This document shows, piece after piece, positions 9,178 through 19,479 of a DNA stretch of 64,000 bases. The notes under the pieces were generated by a model. That model was not told the origin of the DNA. It did no database searches and worked only from the letters and a program-made list of their open reading frames with translations. The stretch lies in the IMG/VR virus record IMGVR_UViG_3300028832_000100; one strand, given 5' to 3'. The stretch is from a virus. Lineage: Duplodnaviria; Caudoviricetes. Both the position numbers and the translations under genes were made by a program. Positions within the stretch are counted from its first letter, which is position 1. Each line of letters opens with the position of its first letter.

Positions 9178-11039
9178 TCTACTCTGCTGATGTTACCATC
9201 CTTTACAACTTTTAATATGCTGTCATACGGAATTTGCAAATCGGAGTGGTGTGTAATGATAAAAACGGTTTCAAGATCATTAAGTTCATTTGCAATAAAA
9301 TCGATAATTGTTTTTGAACTTTCACAATCCAAATTATCAAAAATCTCATCCAAAACAATAATGTTAGAAGAAAAGTCCTCTGTTTTACAGAGCATTTTTC
9401 TAATAGCAAATTGAATAATGAGATCAACCTTTTGCTTCTCGCCACCTGACAAAGATTCATACTCTCTGTCAAACAATGTTATATTTAGAGAATTTCCATC
9501 GAGATAGAAAGAAACACACGGTTCTCCAAAAATTCTTTCACTATATGACTTTGCTATATTATTAATATAAGAAACAACCCCGGAAAGCAAATAACCCCTA
9601 AAATCTCTGTTTGCAAGATTAGAAATTTTAGAAAGTGCATCAATATGGCTTTGCAGTTTTTGTTTCTCTGCAATATAATACAACTCTTGTTCTTGAAATT
9701 TTTGAAGTTTGTTTTCTAATTCTTTTATCTCTTCCTTAATAGATAAAATAGATTCATTATATTTGTCTATGTCGGATTTCAGAATGAATGACTCGGTTTT
9801 CAAAGAACTGACTTTACCTTCAAAGTTTCTTTTCTCTACCTCATGTTTCTTTTTCTCATCATTCAGCGTTATAATAGTATTATCATTGTCAGTAAGAAAC
9901 CTTTTGTATTCTTCTTCAATGACCGACAGTTCCGCATCTTGATTTGAAATCAAATCTTTTAAGGAATCATTTTCTTGTGATATGGTCGTTTTCAGTTTCC
10001 CTATTTCTTCTGTCAATGGTGCTGTATCTACTTTAACAACATTTGGAATTTTTTGTCCGCAGGTTGGGCAAATATCCGTAATAGAATCCAGCCGATTTTT
10101 CTCCTGCATTAAATATGGGAGTCTTGATTGAAGATCATATATATTCGATTTCTTTTCATCTATTAAATTAGAATATTTACTGGAAACGAAATTTCGTTTT
10201 GAAACATAAATTTCGTTTTGTTTCGTTCTTTCTTCGTTTGCTTTTGATATATTGGATTCTATTTTTGATAACAAATCTTCTAAATTGATAATCTGTTTTT
10301 CAAACTCTTCAATATTTTTATCTACTTCGATCTTCTTATCAACAAGTTCTTGGATCGACTTTGCATTGTTTAACTGATCTTTTACTTTGTTTAATTCTTT
10401 CTCACAAAAACTCTTACTGACTGAAAATTCAGTTATCTTTGATTCAGCATCTCTCATGCTTGAAGATAGTGTATCTTTTCTTAATGAAATCCTATTCTTT
10501 ATATCCTCGATCATGTAATCTGATTTTGTCAATTTTTCAAGTAATTCTTTTCGTCCAGACGGTGATCTGCTTGAAAGCTTACATGGAAGTCCTTGACCGA
10601 GCAGAATAACAGATCCGATTAGGTCAGATGTAATGTCTGGGAGAATGGTTGACAAAATGGATTCTCCGTCCCTTAATCCTTTACCAGACACATCCTTACC
10701 ATCCATCAATATATTTAGATTGGTTTTATATATGGAATGATCTTTTGTTCTTCTAACAATATAATCTGTTCCATTAACGGAAAATGATAATGTGACACAA
10801 GCACCATCACTTCCGTACCTGTTAGATACATCTTTGTTTCCTCTTATAGTATCCCCTGTTAAGCACCAACTAATGGCTTCCCATATACTACTTTTTCCTG
10901 ATCCGTTTGAAGAATAATATTCTCTGTTTCCGTCTATGCTCCCTTGAACAAGCACATATCCACCATTCTCTAAAAAAATGTGTGCTGATTCAAAAGACAT
11001 AAAATTCTCAATGACAATATCTTTGAATCGAATTATCAT
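9174..11039 (-). CDS. SbcC/Rad50/gp46-like SMC ATPase
   Basis: Walker A NGSGKSS, coiled coil with CPTCG zinc hook, LSGGE signature, LDEIFD Walker B. Confidence 0.93.
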   Translation of the reverse strand: MIIRFKDIVIENFMSFESAHIFLENGGYVLVQGSIDGNREYYSSNGSGKSSIWEAISWCLTGDTIRGNKDVSNRYGSDGACVTLSFSVNGTDYIVRRTKDHSIYKTNLNILMDGKDVSGKGLRDGESILSTILPDITSDLIGSVILLGQGLPCKLSSRSPSGRKELLEKLTKSDYMIEDIKNRISLRKDTLSSSMRDAESKITEFSVSKSFCEKELNKVKDQLNNAKSIQELVDKKIEVDKNIEEFEKQIINLEDLLSKIESNISKANEERTKQNEIYVSKRNFVSSKYSNLIDEKKSNIYDLQSRLPYLMQEKNRLDSITDICPTCGQKIPNVVKVDTAPLTEEIGKLKTTISQENDSLKDLISNQDAELSVIEEEYKRFLTDNDNTIITLNDEKKKHEVEKRNFEGKVSSLKTESFILKSDIDKYNESILSIKEEIKELENKLQKFQEQELYYIAEKQKLQSHIDALSKISNLANRDFRGYLLSGVVSYINNIAKSYSERIFGEPCVSFYLDGNSLNITLFDREYESLSGGEKQKVDLIIQFAIRKMLCKTEDFSSNIIVLDEIFDNLDCESSKTIIDFIANELNDLETVFIITHHSDLQIPYDSILKVVKDGNISRVE

Positions 11040-11040
11040 T

Positions 11041-12075
11041 CTATTCTCCTTCGCAGATTAGGTTTAGTTCTTCCGCAACGACTAAATCGTTCCCAAGAAC
11101 ATTTATAATAAATTCTGAAAACTTGTTTTTTGGCGTTGAAGAGTCATTAAAAAGTTGTTCCTTATCGGAATACTCACTTCTCGTTACAGTAATTTTATAA
11201 TATTTAATATTGTTGTTTTCCTTTATGATTTTTCTTACAGAATCCGCTTCTTGTTCTTCGCATGAAACAGATACTACTGCATTTTTCATATATGTAACAG
11301 AATCACATAACTTTTTTGTGTCTACTTTGTAAAAATTAAAAGCAAATGGATTTTCTACATATTGTATTGAAAACGATTCTGTATTGAAAATTGCAATATT
11401 GTGGCTATACTGAAATCCGTCTTCTGAAAAATTTTGCCCTGTAACATTTCCAATATTGATAATCTTATCTGTCACTCTCATAAAATTATGAAGATGACCA
11501 TTTATGCACATATCAAAATACTTGCTAACTTCTTCGATGTTCAAACCGCTTGTTGACACATACTTCCCATACTGCAACCCATTTATCTCATTGTGGCTCA
11601 AAAGAAGTCTTTTATTGCTTTGAAACAATGTATTACCAAAAATATCTTCAAGAGATATTGATTCATTGTTATTCGTACTTACATAGGGCAAGAAATAAAT
11701 GCCAACACCGCTGATAGATATTCCAGATGGTTTGTCAATTACAAAAGAGTTTGGAATAGAAGCAAGTACATTTGTTGCATTATAAGAAAGGCTCTTATTG
11801 GAAGCATCGTGATTTCCAACAATGTAATAATGGGGAATAGATACATCCCATTGAACCTCTTTTAATGCCGATATTTCCTCGCTGTTCAACTCCGGCTTAT
11901 CAAAGAAATCCCCACAATTAAAAATTGCGCTACAAGAATATCTTTTTGCTGTTTCTTCAATAAATAACAATGTGTTTAGTTGGTTCTCCAACCGATCAGA
12001 AAATCTGTTCCCTCTTCCTCTTATAATTGAAGAGTTTTGACAAAAATGATTGTCAGAGTAAACAAGTATGTTCAT
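11041..12075 (-). CDS. SbcD/Mre11/gp47-like nuclease
   Basis: SDNH, GDFFD, GNHD and GHLH motifs; adjacent to the SbcC gene. Confidence 0.9.
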   Translation of the reverse strand: MNILVYSDNHFCQNSSIIRGRGNRFSDRLENQLNTLLFIEETAKRYSCSAIFNCGDFFDKPELNSEEISALKEVQWDVSIPHYYIVGNHDASNKSLSYNATNVLASIPNSFVIDKPSGISISGVGIYFLPYVSTNNNESISLEDIFGNTLFQSNKRLLLSHNEINGLQYGKYVSTSGLNIEEVSKYFDMCINGHLHNFMRVTDKIINIGNVTGQNFSEDGFQYSHNIAIFNTESFSIQYVENPFAFNFYKVDTKKLCDSVTYMKNAVVSVSCEEQEADSVRKIIKENNNIKYYKITVTRSEYSDKEQLFNDSSTPKNKFSEFIINVLGNDLVVAEELNLICEGE

Positions 12076-12957
12076 TTACCTCTCCGATAGTATCTTTGCG
12101 ACAATATATGAAATCATATCTGACTGAATAAAATTTCCGGTTTTAATTCCTTCGTCCACGGAATTCAAAAAATGTAGAATTTTAATAAGTGCCTTTGTAG
12201 AATACCTTCCTGTAAGTTTTGAAACAACATAAAACTGTTTTGAATTCATACCGAGTTTATCTGCTGTTGGACACGGACTACCCTGTATCAAAAGAATATT
12301 TCTAAAATTATTTGATAAAAGAGTTACAATCCCAAAAACTTCATCATCGGAATATTTGCCAGAAATCAATTCATTTTTCGCTTTTTGTATATCCCTCTCA
12401 CAAAGAGAATTAACAAGATTAAAAACATTTTTATTTACACACCCACTAATTGTTCCATCTGCAAGAAAATCTTTTAGTACATACTTTCTTTCTTGCTCGG
12501 AAAATATTTGCACCTTTTCACATTCATTATATGCAAAATATGCGTCGCTATCAACAGAATCATGCAAATCTTGCAATGCACTATTTTCAGCACCGAAGCA
12601 CATAGTGTCTATCATTTCATCTATTTGCCACTTTTCCAATTTTGGAACTTTGCATACATAATCTTCCGACAGATTCTTTCCTGCTTTTTTGCAAACAATA
12701 TAAACATTTTCTTTGCAAAGATCATCAACGGAATCAATAGAATCTACATGACACAGCATAATGTTGTCATTGTCGGAGAACATTGAAAAAGCACTATTTT
12801 GAAGGGTTGACAAGTCCGCATATTGTATTTGTTTGTTTGAAAGATTTGCAATTTCTTTGACATATTGATCTGGAATAAAATTGCAATCGGATTGGAACAC
12901 AATGAATTTTGGTGCCTGACCGCTTTCCACCATCTTCTTTACAAACTCTATATTCAC
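12076..12957 (-). CDS. holA: DNA polymerase III delta-like clamp-loader subunit
   Basis: NECEKV, NVFNLVN..L and L.SVDEGIKTG patterns; adjacent to holB/dnaX homologues. Confidence 0.7.
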   Translation of the reverse strand: MNIEFVKKMVESGQAPKFIVFQSDCNFIPDQYVKEIANLSNKQIQYADLSTLQNSAFSMFSDNDNIMLCHVDSIDSVDDLCKENVYIVCKKAGKNLSEDYVCKVPKLEKWQIDEMIDTMCFGAENSALQDLHDSVDSDAYFAYNECEKVQIFSEQERKYVLKDFLADGTISGCVNKNVFNLVNSLCERDIQKAKNELISGKYSDDEVFGIVTLLSNNFRNILLIQGSPCPTADKLGMNSKQFYVVSKLTGRYSTKALIKILHFLNSVDEGIKTGNFIQSDMISYIVAKILSER

Positions 12958-12961
12958 ACTA

Positions 12962-13759
12962 TTACTCCCACAATAGATTTTTCATTTTTGCATCAATCAA
13001 GAAATTTTCAAAAATGTTCTTTTTTGATAAATTATTCATTTCTAACTTTTTGCACATGGATAATATTTCAGAATAAAGAGGATAAACATCTGAATTTTTC
13101 AAACAATTCTTGTATATTGTATTTCTTAAAATTCCGACAAACGGCAGAAAATCAAGTCGATCATTGTTTGTTAATTTTTTGTCAAAGTTAAACTTGTTTG
13201 GTATTGTTAGAACATTTGATATGTTGGCACGATTTAGGTTCTTAACCATGTTGTTTACCAACGACTGATAGGGTTCTAAATCTATATCTTTGTAATTTAG
13301 AATTTCACCCGGAGTTTCAAACAGTTCAAGAATATATGGATTGGAGCCATTATAAAAATGGCTTAATTGCTCATTCGTGTAAGGAACAAAATGAATTTGA
13401 TAACATCTATTCATTATTGTTTCGAGAAGTTTTCCATCCTCGCAAATAACACAAGCAATACACAATTTAGGTGGTTCTTCCAAAAATTTTAACAGCGAAT
13501 ACTGATCCTTTTCTGATAAAGAATCGCCATCAATAATATATAGCATCGGAACACTATTAACATATATCTCAATAATGTCATCAAAATTCAGTTTTTTGGT
13601 TATATCCTTTTTCTGAATATTCAGTTTTTCAGCAATGTTGCTGGCAGTCGTTTTTCTACCGCTCCCACGCTTGCCAACCAATGCAATAGATCTCGGACAA
13701 GTTTCGATTGTTAAATTTTCTACAAAGTTATTGATCTCATCTTGAAATAGCAACTTCAT
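12962..13759 (-). CDS. holB: DNA polymerase III delta-prime-like subunit
   Basis: GKRGSGRKT, LLKFLEEPP, TIMNRC. Confidence 0.75.
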   Translation of the reverse strand: MKLLFQDEINNFVENLTIETCPRSIALVGKRGSGRKTTASNIAEKLNIQKKDITKKLNFDDIIEIYVNSVPMLYIIDGDSLSEKDQYSLLKFLEEPPKLCIACVICEDGKLLETIMNRCYQIHFVPYTNEQLSHFYNGSNPYILELFETPGEILNYKDIDLEPYQSLVNNMVKNLNRANISNVLTIPNKFNFDKKLTNNDRLDFLPFVGILRNTIYKNCLKNSDVYPLYSEILSMCKKLEMNNLSKKNIFENFLIDAKMKNLLWE

Positions 13760-14778
13760 TATTTACACCTTGCAATCTGTAACAATGCAATCTCTACGGT
13801 TTCTTTCGGGTAGGAATCCCCTTTTAACTTTTGTTTTAGATCAAGAAGTTTATCCAACACCCAAGAATAGTAAGCAGGTGCATTATCAAAATTTATGCAC
13901 TTCTTAATAGATTCTTCTGCTGATTGTGGAAGTTGCAACAATGAAAAATCACCAAACAACGCATATTTATCAATGTCAAGACAAAACGAGATGAACTGAT
14001 CCACAAACAATTTTATATCCGTTCCGTTTTGATATGCCTCATACACAACCTTCAAAACAGTCTTATCATCACCGTCTATGCAACCATTTATTAGACTAAA
14101 ATAGGAATCAATCCCAAATCTTCCAAGACTTGCCAAAACATTATTAGCCGTAATTTGATTGGAGTATCCAGCACATTTTTCAAGCATTGACAATGACTGT
14201 CTTATGCTACCGCCACAAATTCGAGAAATGTAATCAATACCATCATCAAAATCCTCAAAACCCTCTTGAATACATACATATTTCAGTCTGTTATATATTT
14301 CTTGTGGCTTTGCCTTTTTAATGTCAAATCTCTGACATCTGTTGATGATCGTCTGCGGAATTTTCTGCGGGTCGGTTGTGCAGAACATAAAAATTGTGAA
14401 TTCAGGTGGCTCTTCAATGCACTTCAAAAGAACTTGAAAAGCAGCTGTCCCAAAAGCGTGTGCTTCATCAAAAATATAAATCTTATATTTACCTTCTAAT
14501 GATCTTTCAGAAGCAGAAGCTACAATCTCTCTTGCATTATCAACACCACTATTAGAAGCGGCATCAATCTCTATTGGGCTTCCAACACCCTTATTTATGG
14601 CATTTGCCACTATACGAGCGAGTGAAGTCTTTCCGGCTCCTGTTTCCCCACAAAAAAGATAGCAGTGTGGAAATCGGTTGATTTCTATCTGCCTTTTAAG
14701 AATCTTGACAACAGAATCCTGTGCTATAACCTCATCAAAGGTTTTGGGTCTATATTTGGTGTGTAAAGATTCAGCCAT
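13759..14778 (-). CDS. dnaX: DNA polymerase III gamma subunit (short DnaX)
   Basis: KYRPKTFDEV, GETGAGKT, EIDAAS, DEAH, LLKCIEEPP, NRCQRF; 339 aa. Confidence 0.92.
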   Translation of the reverse strand: MAESLHTKYRPKTFDEVIAQDSVVKILKRQIEINRFPHCYLFCGETGAGKTSLARIVANAINKGVGSPIEIDAASNSGVDNAREIVASASERSLEGKYKIYIFDEAHAFGTAAFQVLLKCIEEPPEFTIFMFCTTDPQKIPQTIINRCQRFDIKKAKPQEIYNRLKYVCIQEGFEDFDDGIDYISRICGGSIRQSLSMLEKCAGYSNQITANNVLASLGRFGIDSYFSLINGCIDGDDKTVLKVVYEAYQNGTDIKLFVDQFISFCLDIDKYALFGDFSLLQLPQSAEESIKKCINFDNAPAYYSWVLDKLLDLKQKLKGDSYPKETVEIALLQIARCK

Positions 14779-15154
14779 TACTTAAATTCCTTTTCACTTT
14801 GATTGATTTTCGTGGAAGCCATCCCATCCACACTTCTCCAACATTTTCTCTTGTTTTTATATCAAATCCCATTCCCTCTATCTTTATCATCTTTCCCATA
14901 ATTGCAGTAATAATAATCCTCATATACTTTTGCGTTGGGACAATACCATTATTCCAATTCTTGTGTAATGTAAAGTTTTCCGATGGATGAATAATGTAAT
15001 CCTCTAACTCAATTAAATAAAAACCTCCGACTTGAACATCTGCTGTCAATAATGTTTCTTGCTTATCAATTTGAAGAACATTAAAATCATTTGGTATATC
15101 AGATAAATCAACAGCCGTAACAAGTTTCAATTGTTTGCACAATGTATCACTCAT
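14771..15154 (-). CDS. Hypothetical protein
   Basis: 127-aa ORF. Confidence 0.6.
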   Translation of the reverse strand: MSDTLCKQLKLVTAVDLSDIPNDFNVLQIDKQETLLTADVQVGGFYLIELEDYIIHPSENFTLHKNWNNGIVPTQKYMRIIITAIMGKMIKIEGMGFDIKTRENVGEVWMGWLPRKSIKVKRNLSNG

Positions 15155-15818
15155 TGTAAGGGTTCATATAAACGGCAGAAAAGTCTGCCATGTGTAAAAC
15201 AGCAGCAAGAGGATGTTTTCTATATACCTCTCCAAGACTTTCTACATTCAGCACGTTAGAGTCAAACGGACCTGCATGGTGAAGAATAGCACAAGATTCT
15301 TCAATGTTGATTGGCATAAAGCACCTAACAATATATTCCGATTCTTGACCACGAGATCCATAGCAGAATCTTTCAGACGCATCTCTAACCTTAAATGCTT
15401 TTTGTGCAACCCAGTCAAATTTTCCAATTTCATCGGACTTGCTTCCAAACGAAGAATACACCTTCTTGTTTTGCACATATTCTTCATACAAATTAGACTT
15501 GCTGATGTCATGCAATAAGCATACAATAGCAATAGAAGTTTCTGCATCTTCTGACAATGCAAGCTTATCAACTAAACTTCTGTTGTTGTTAAGGAATGAC
15601 ATACCAAAAGAATAAACAGAAAGACAGTGCTCACACAAGCCACCTTCATAAGCACCATAACTCTTCGTTGAAGCCGGTGCATGGAAAAACCTGTGAGAGT
15701 TTAGATATTCTGCAAGGCTGTCTAAACGAAATGACGGTCTTTTTTCCTTTATTTTCTGTAACAAAGATAGAAATGTTGACTTGTTGGCTTCAATTTCTTC
15801 TTGTGTAAGAGCCATCAC
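15147..15818 (-). CDS. HD-domain phosphohydrolase
   Basis: APAST..GAYEGGLCEH, LLHDISK, ILHH, LHMAD. Confidence 0.85.
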   Translation of the reverse strand: MMALTQEEIEANKSTFLSLLQKIKEKRPSFRLDSLAEYLNSHRFFHAPASTKSYGAYEGGLCEHCLSVYSFGMSFLNNNRSLVDKLALSEDAETSIAIVCLLHDISKSNLYEEYVQNKKVYSSFGSKSDEIGKFDWVAQKAFKVRDASERFCYGSRGQESEYIVRCFMPINIEESCAILHHAGPFDSNVLNVESLGEVYRKHPLAAVLHMADFSAVYMNPYNE

Positions 15819-16171
15819 ACATATCTCCCAGAGTTCACAAGGTCACGCTTGTAAGCAACACGATCCCCAAATGTGATATTGTCCACACCATAATGATGAC
15901 CGTTGCTCTGAGCGATTCTCTTTAGTCTGTAGTTTGGATCTACACTGTACCGAATGGTACGAACATCCATTTCATACTGCTCTGCAATTTCGTTGTAATT
16001 CCAACCTTTTTTGAGCATCTTTGAAATATTTGCCACATCTGCGGAAGAAAGCTTTCTCTTTCTGTCAAATTCTGTTCCTGTAAGAATGATGGAATGATCT
16101 ACTTCCTTATCATCCATTTTTGAAACTTTCCGTTTCAATCTTGCCGATTTAATAGTTCTGATAATTCCCAT
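15815..16171 (-). CDS. Small HTH DNA-binding protein (putative)
   Basis: ATG at 16171 after GGAG; RKLS..DV..I...GWNYNEIAEQYEMDVRTIRY is HTH-like. Confidence 0.55.
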   Translation of the reverse strand: MGIIRTIKSARLKRKVSKMDDKEVDHSIILTGTEFDRKRKLSSADVANISKMLKKGWNYNEIAEQYEMDVRTIRYSVDPNYRLKRIAQSNGHHYGVDNITFGDRVAYKRDLVNSGRYV

Positions 16172-16184
16172 AATTAAATTCTCC

Positions 16185-16320
16185 GTCAACTACCAACTAC
16201 CTAAAGGTAGATTGGATTTCAAATTTGTTAAAATTTTTCTCGCTCAATGCACCTAACGGTGCAAGTATCAACGAGCTATCCCCACCGTTGCAGTGGTTCT
16301 CTGACGACTAAAGTCACCAG
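16185..16320 (-). mobile_element. Non-autonomous IS200/IS605-like mini element / TnpB omegaRNA-like scaffold
   Basis: Left-end-like hairpin CTGGTGAC-TTTA-GTCGTCAG; AACCACTGCAACGGTGGGGATAGCTCG...CGAG; right-end hairpin CCAATCTACC-TTTA-GGTAGTTGG ending TAGTTGAC; no tnpA or tnpB. Confidence 0.65.
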
Positions 16321-16334
16321 ATATCTTTATTGAG

Positions 16335-16363
16335 ATTATATCACAAAAGCACTGTTTTGTCAA
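16335..16363 (-). promoter_or_regulatory. Host sigmaA-type early promoter
   Basis: tagTTGACA-17-TGaTATAAT. Confidence 0.85.
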
Positions 16364-16719
16364 CTATACTCTTCTTTTAACTTATCCACAAGAAAAGACA
16401 TCAATTTTCCATCAATTATAAAATAGTCTTCTTTATCTTCAAAGAAAAAGTTAAAAGCAATGGCACTATTTTCAAATCTATTGGCGAAAGACTCTTCCTT
16501 GCTCTTTTTTAGCCATTCCTTTTTAATGGAAAACGAATCCTTTGGTGTCATGCAAGTCTTACACTCAATGGATAGGGAAGCCCCATCAACCGATATATCG
16601 GATTTATAAAACTTCCCAGCCCCAGAATTTGAATTTCTTACCCCTCCAAGAAGTTTTGCTACTCTACCTTCTTGTATTTCCGAAGCATATCTTGTTGCGG
16701 ATTTGTTTTTCATTTGCAC
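16360..16719 (-). CDS. PD-(D/E)XK nuclease, Holliday-junction-resolvase-like
   Basis: QE.RVAK.LGG..NSGAG...KSDI...IECKT. Confidence 0.65.
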   Translation of the reverse strand: MQMKNKSATRYASEIQEGRVAKLLGGVRNSNSGAGKFYKSDISVDGASLSIECKTCMTPKDSFSIKKEWLKKSKEESFANRFENSAIAFNFFFEDKEDYFIIDGKLMSFLVDKLKEEYS

Positions 16720-17225
16720 AAACCACCCATGTATTTGTGTATTTCTTCCAATGTAAAGTTGTTTTTGATAAGATCAATGCACATATTATTGAAATCGTGT
16801 TCGTTTTTTATGCGATAGATAAGTCCATTATTTTCGTATTTTTCATGGTCATCCACACAAAACCATCCGTCAGCAGAATCAAAAGAATACTCACCGTCAA
16901 AATAACTGTAGGTAATTACCCTTCCTTGGATTCCATTCCCTCGTAATGTCTTCGTACAACCATTCAAAATAATAACTTTCAAAAGATCTTCACACCCACC
17001 AAAACATATAGGAGAATATGCAATAGCATAAACACCGTCATCACCAATCATCTTATTGTCTAATATATAAGAAGACCTTGTTGATTCTAAACAACGAATG
17101 CTGTCATTTAACTCTGCTATTGCCTTTCCAATGCTGTTATACTCTGCTTTAAGACAATCAACCTTTTCTTTCTTCTCTTTTATGGAATCATCAAATGCCA
17201 ACAATGTGTCATCTTTATTCTTCAT
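16710..17225 (-). CDS. Hypothetical protein
   Basis: 171-aa ORF. Confidence 0.6.
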   Translation of the reverse strand: MKNKDDTLLAFDDSIKEKKEKVDCLKAEYNSIGKAIAELNDSIRCLESTRSSYILDNKMIGDDGVYAIAYSPICFGGCEDLLKVIILNGCTKTLRGNGIQGRVITYSYFDGEYSFDSADGWFCVDDHEKYENNGLIYRIKNEHDFNNMCIDLIKNNFTLEEIHKYMGGLCK

Positions 17226-17226
17226 G

Positions 17227-18414
17227 TTATTCTTCCTCCTTATTTAAGTCAACACCAAACTCACCAGACGAAGAATTTAGCATTTCTTCAAATAATTTTA
17301 CATTGGGATCATCTTTTTTAGACAATTTTTCATAAACTGCATCATACAGATTTTTCCATAATTCCAAATGCTCTTCAAAGAATGGTTTTAGATTTTTCAT
17401 CCCATGAATCTTAATCTCTTCTCCATTTTCATCGTTTAGAATTTCACCTGTTTTTGTATCTATGATCTTAAAATATCCCTTTGCAGGACTTACAATCAGA
17501 CCAAAATAGGTTGCGACATCAATAGTATCTTGCATAATATCAACACCACGGTCATAATTGATATATAGTCTTCCAACTTTTCTGTCCCACTTGCAAACCT
17601 TTGTTTTCAATACAGCTGCCTCCATAATGTATCCGGCAGGGGATTCTGCAGTAGATTTTACTTCATTTCCTTCTTCATCAAAGAATTTATCTTTCTTAAA
17701 CATCATTCTAACTGAGCAAGCATGCCTCCATGCTCTACCACCAGATGTTGTAATCGGGTTTCCATACCCACCTATATTCTCTCTGATTTGATTTATACCA
17801 ATGAGCGTACAATCATACTTAATAAGCAACCCTGTAATTCTTCTTACAAAATCACCGAGTGCTTTTGCAACCCCGCCCATATCTTTCTTCTCGAAGGATT
17901 CACCATAAGTCTGCAAAGGAGTGAGCATATTAAGAGAGTCAATAATAACAAGACCGACTTCTTCTGATTTTACTGAATCATAAATCACATCAAAAATTGA
18001 TTCTGCTGGCATATCACTGCCCGTAAAACGAACAGTCTGCACTGGGTGTCCGTTCGTCTTATACCCAAACTTTTCTGCCCACATCGGATCAGCACCGCAC
18101 TCCAGATCTACAAACAAAATCTTCCTCGGATCTTCAGGGTTTCTTTCCAATTCTTTCCGTTGGTAAGAAGCAGCCACTAAATAAGCAGTTGATGTTTTCC
18201 CTGAACTTTCAGGACCACAAAACTCAATGATTCTCTTTTCTGGTAGTGAATTATATAGACAAAAGTCAAGACCGGGAGAGCCAAAAGAAAGTGTCCCGAA
18301 AGCAGTCAGATCATCCACTCCAAGAGATATGACTTGCTTATTCTTATCTTGGGAATCCCCAAAATTCTTATTCGTTTCTCTGATGATCTGTGCAAGTGTT
18401 TTCTTTTCTGCCAT
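17227..18414 (-). CDS. recA: RecA/UvsX recombinase
   Basis: GPESSGKT, VIIDS, INQIRE, TSGGRA. Confidence 0.93.
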   Translation of the reverse strand: MAEKKTLAQIIRETNKNFGDSQDKNKQVISLGVDDLTAFGTLSFGSPGLDFCLYNSLPEKRIIEFCGPESSGKTSTAYLVAASYQRKELERNPEDPRKILFVDLECGADPMWAEKFGYKTNGHPVQTVRFTGSDMPAESIFDVIYDSVKSEEVGLVIIDSLNMLTPLQTYGESFEKKDMGGVAKALGDFVRRITGLLIKYDCTLIGINQIRENIGGYGNPITTSGGRAWRHACSVRMMFKKDKFFDEEGNEVKSTAESPAGYIMEAAVLKTKVCKWDRKVGRLYINYDRGVDIMQDTIDVATYFGLIVSPAKGYFKIIDTKTGEILNDENGEEIKIHGMKNLKPFFEEHLELWKNLYDAVYEKLSKKDDPNVKLFEEMLNSSSGEFGVDLNKEEE

Positions 18415-18417
18415 ATA

Positions 18418-19005
18418 TTAAAAATCCTCTCTTGATGACGGTACAATTTCCCTAGGCGAATAAGCAGAAAGTTGCATCTCTTGCATTCTTCTGCTAATGA
18501 TCTTATGAATAGTCTGTGCCATTGCTTTTGCAGCGTCAATCTTCAACTTAATCATTTGATATGCGTGTTGGTAAATATTACTTACCACCGTTTCGTATTT
18601 AGATGCTTCTTCGCCAATGGCGGTCAGTTCCGCTACAGTTGTTTTGTTTTTCTTATCAGTATCTTTTACTTGATTATCAAGATATGCACCGTTAAATACT
18701 TCCTTTTGAGCTGCCTTTGACATATCGGCAAAAACACCCATCTGCTCTTGATTCTCACACATGGAGTAGATCGTACTTGATAAATTCATGTAGTATCTCT
18801 CCAAATCAAAATCGGTAATGTCTTGAATATCTCCTTGAAGTTTCTGCTTGATGTCACCCATTAACCGATCTAAGTCAGTACAATACTCTCTTACAAGTGC
18901 ATCCACAGAAGCGTTAAAATATTGAACATTATCTCTTGTTTCCTTAACAAGTCTTTCTACTTTTTCAGTATCAACATTATTAAGATATGTTATATTGTCT
19001 GCCAC
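18418..19005 (-). CDS. Hypothetical helical protein (possible recombination mediator)
   Basis: 195 aa, between recU and recA. Confidence 0.5.
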   Translation of the reverse strand: MADNITYLNNVDTEKVERLVKETRDNVQYFNASVDALVREYCTDLDRLMGDIKQKLQGDIQDITDFDLERYYMNLSSTIYSMCENQEQMGVFADMSKAAQKEVFNGAYLDNQVKDTDKKNKTTVAELTAIGEEASKYETVVSNIYQHAYQMIKLKIDAAKAMAQTIHKIISRRMQEMQLSAYSPREIVPSSREDF

Positions 19006-19479
19006 TTAATCACCATCCTTCAAATCTGATAGCAATGAATAGTCACTATCTAAAAAAACTCTTCTCTTTTTTGAAGGAAAAACAAAAAATCTATATTCTG
19101 AATTTCCGATATACTTCACATTAAAAGATTTAAGACCGTCTTCCTTCATCCTCTTGATAGTAGAAACAGGAATATACAATTCAACCCCATGCTCTACCAT
19201 CCACAGTAAAACACCAATACGAACACCATCTATCCCGAAATATGATAGCAATTTGTCATATTGTGTAAGGTTTGCAAATGGAAAAGTATTTCCATTGTGG
19301 CTTTTACACTCCAAAAGAAATAATTTTCCATTATTAAATCCTATAAAATCGCTGACATTTGAAGAAGTAAACTTATAACCAGTAACTTGGTCTGGGACTC
19401 GGTACAAAAACCCTTTAGGAAATGTTTTGTACCAATTCTCCTTTACTTTCTGTTCGTATTGTTTACCCCTCGAACTCAA
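19006..19479 (-). CDS. recU: RecU-like Holliday junction resolvase
   Basis: RGKQYE, SDFIG..NGKLFLLECKS, F.FANLTQ. Confidence 0.75.
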   Translation of the reverse strand: MSSRGKQYEQKVKENWYKTFPKGFLYRVPDQVTGYKFTSSNVSDFIGFNNGKLFLLECKSHNGNTFPFANLTQYDKLLSYFGIDGVRIGVLLWMVEHGVELYIPVSTIKRMKEDGLKSFNVKYIGNSEYRFFVFPSKKRRVFLDSDYSLLSDLKDGD

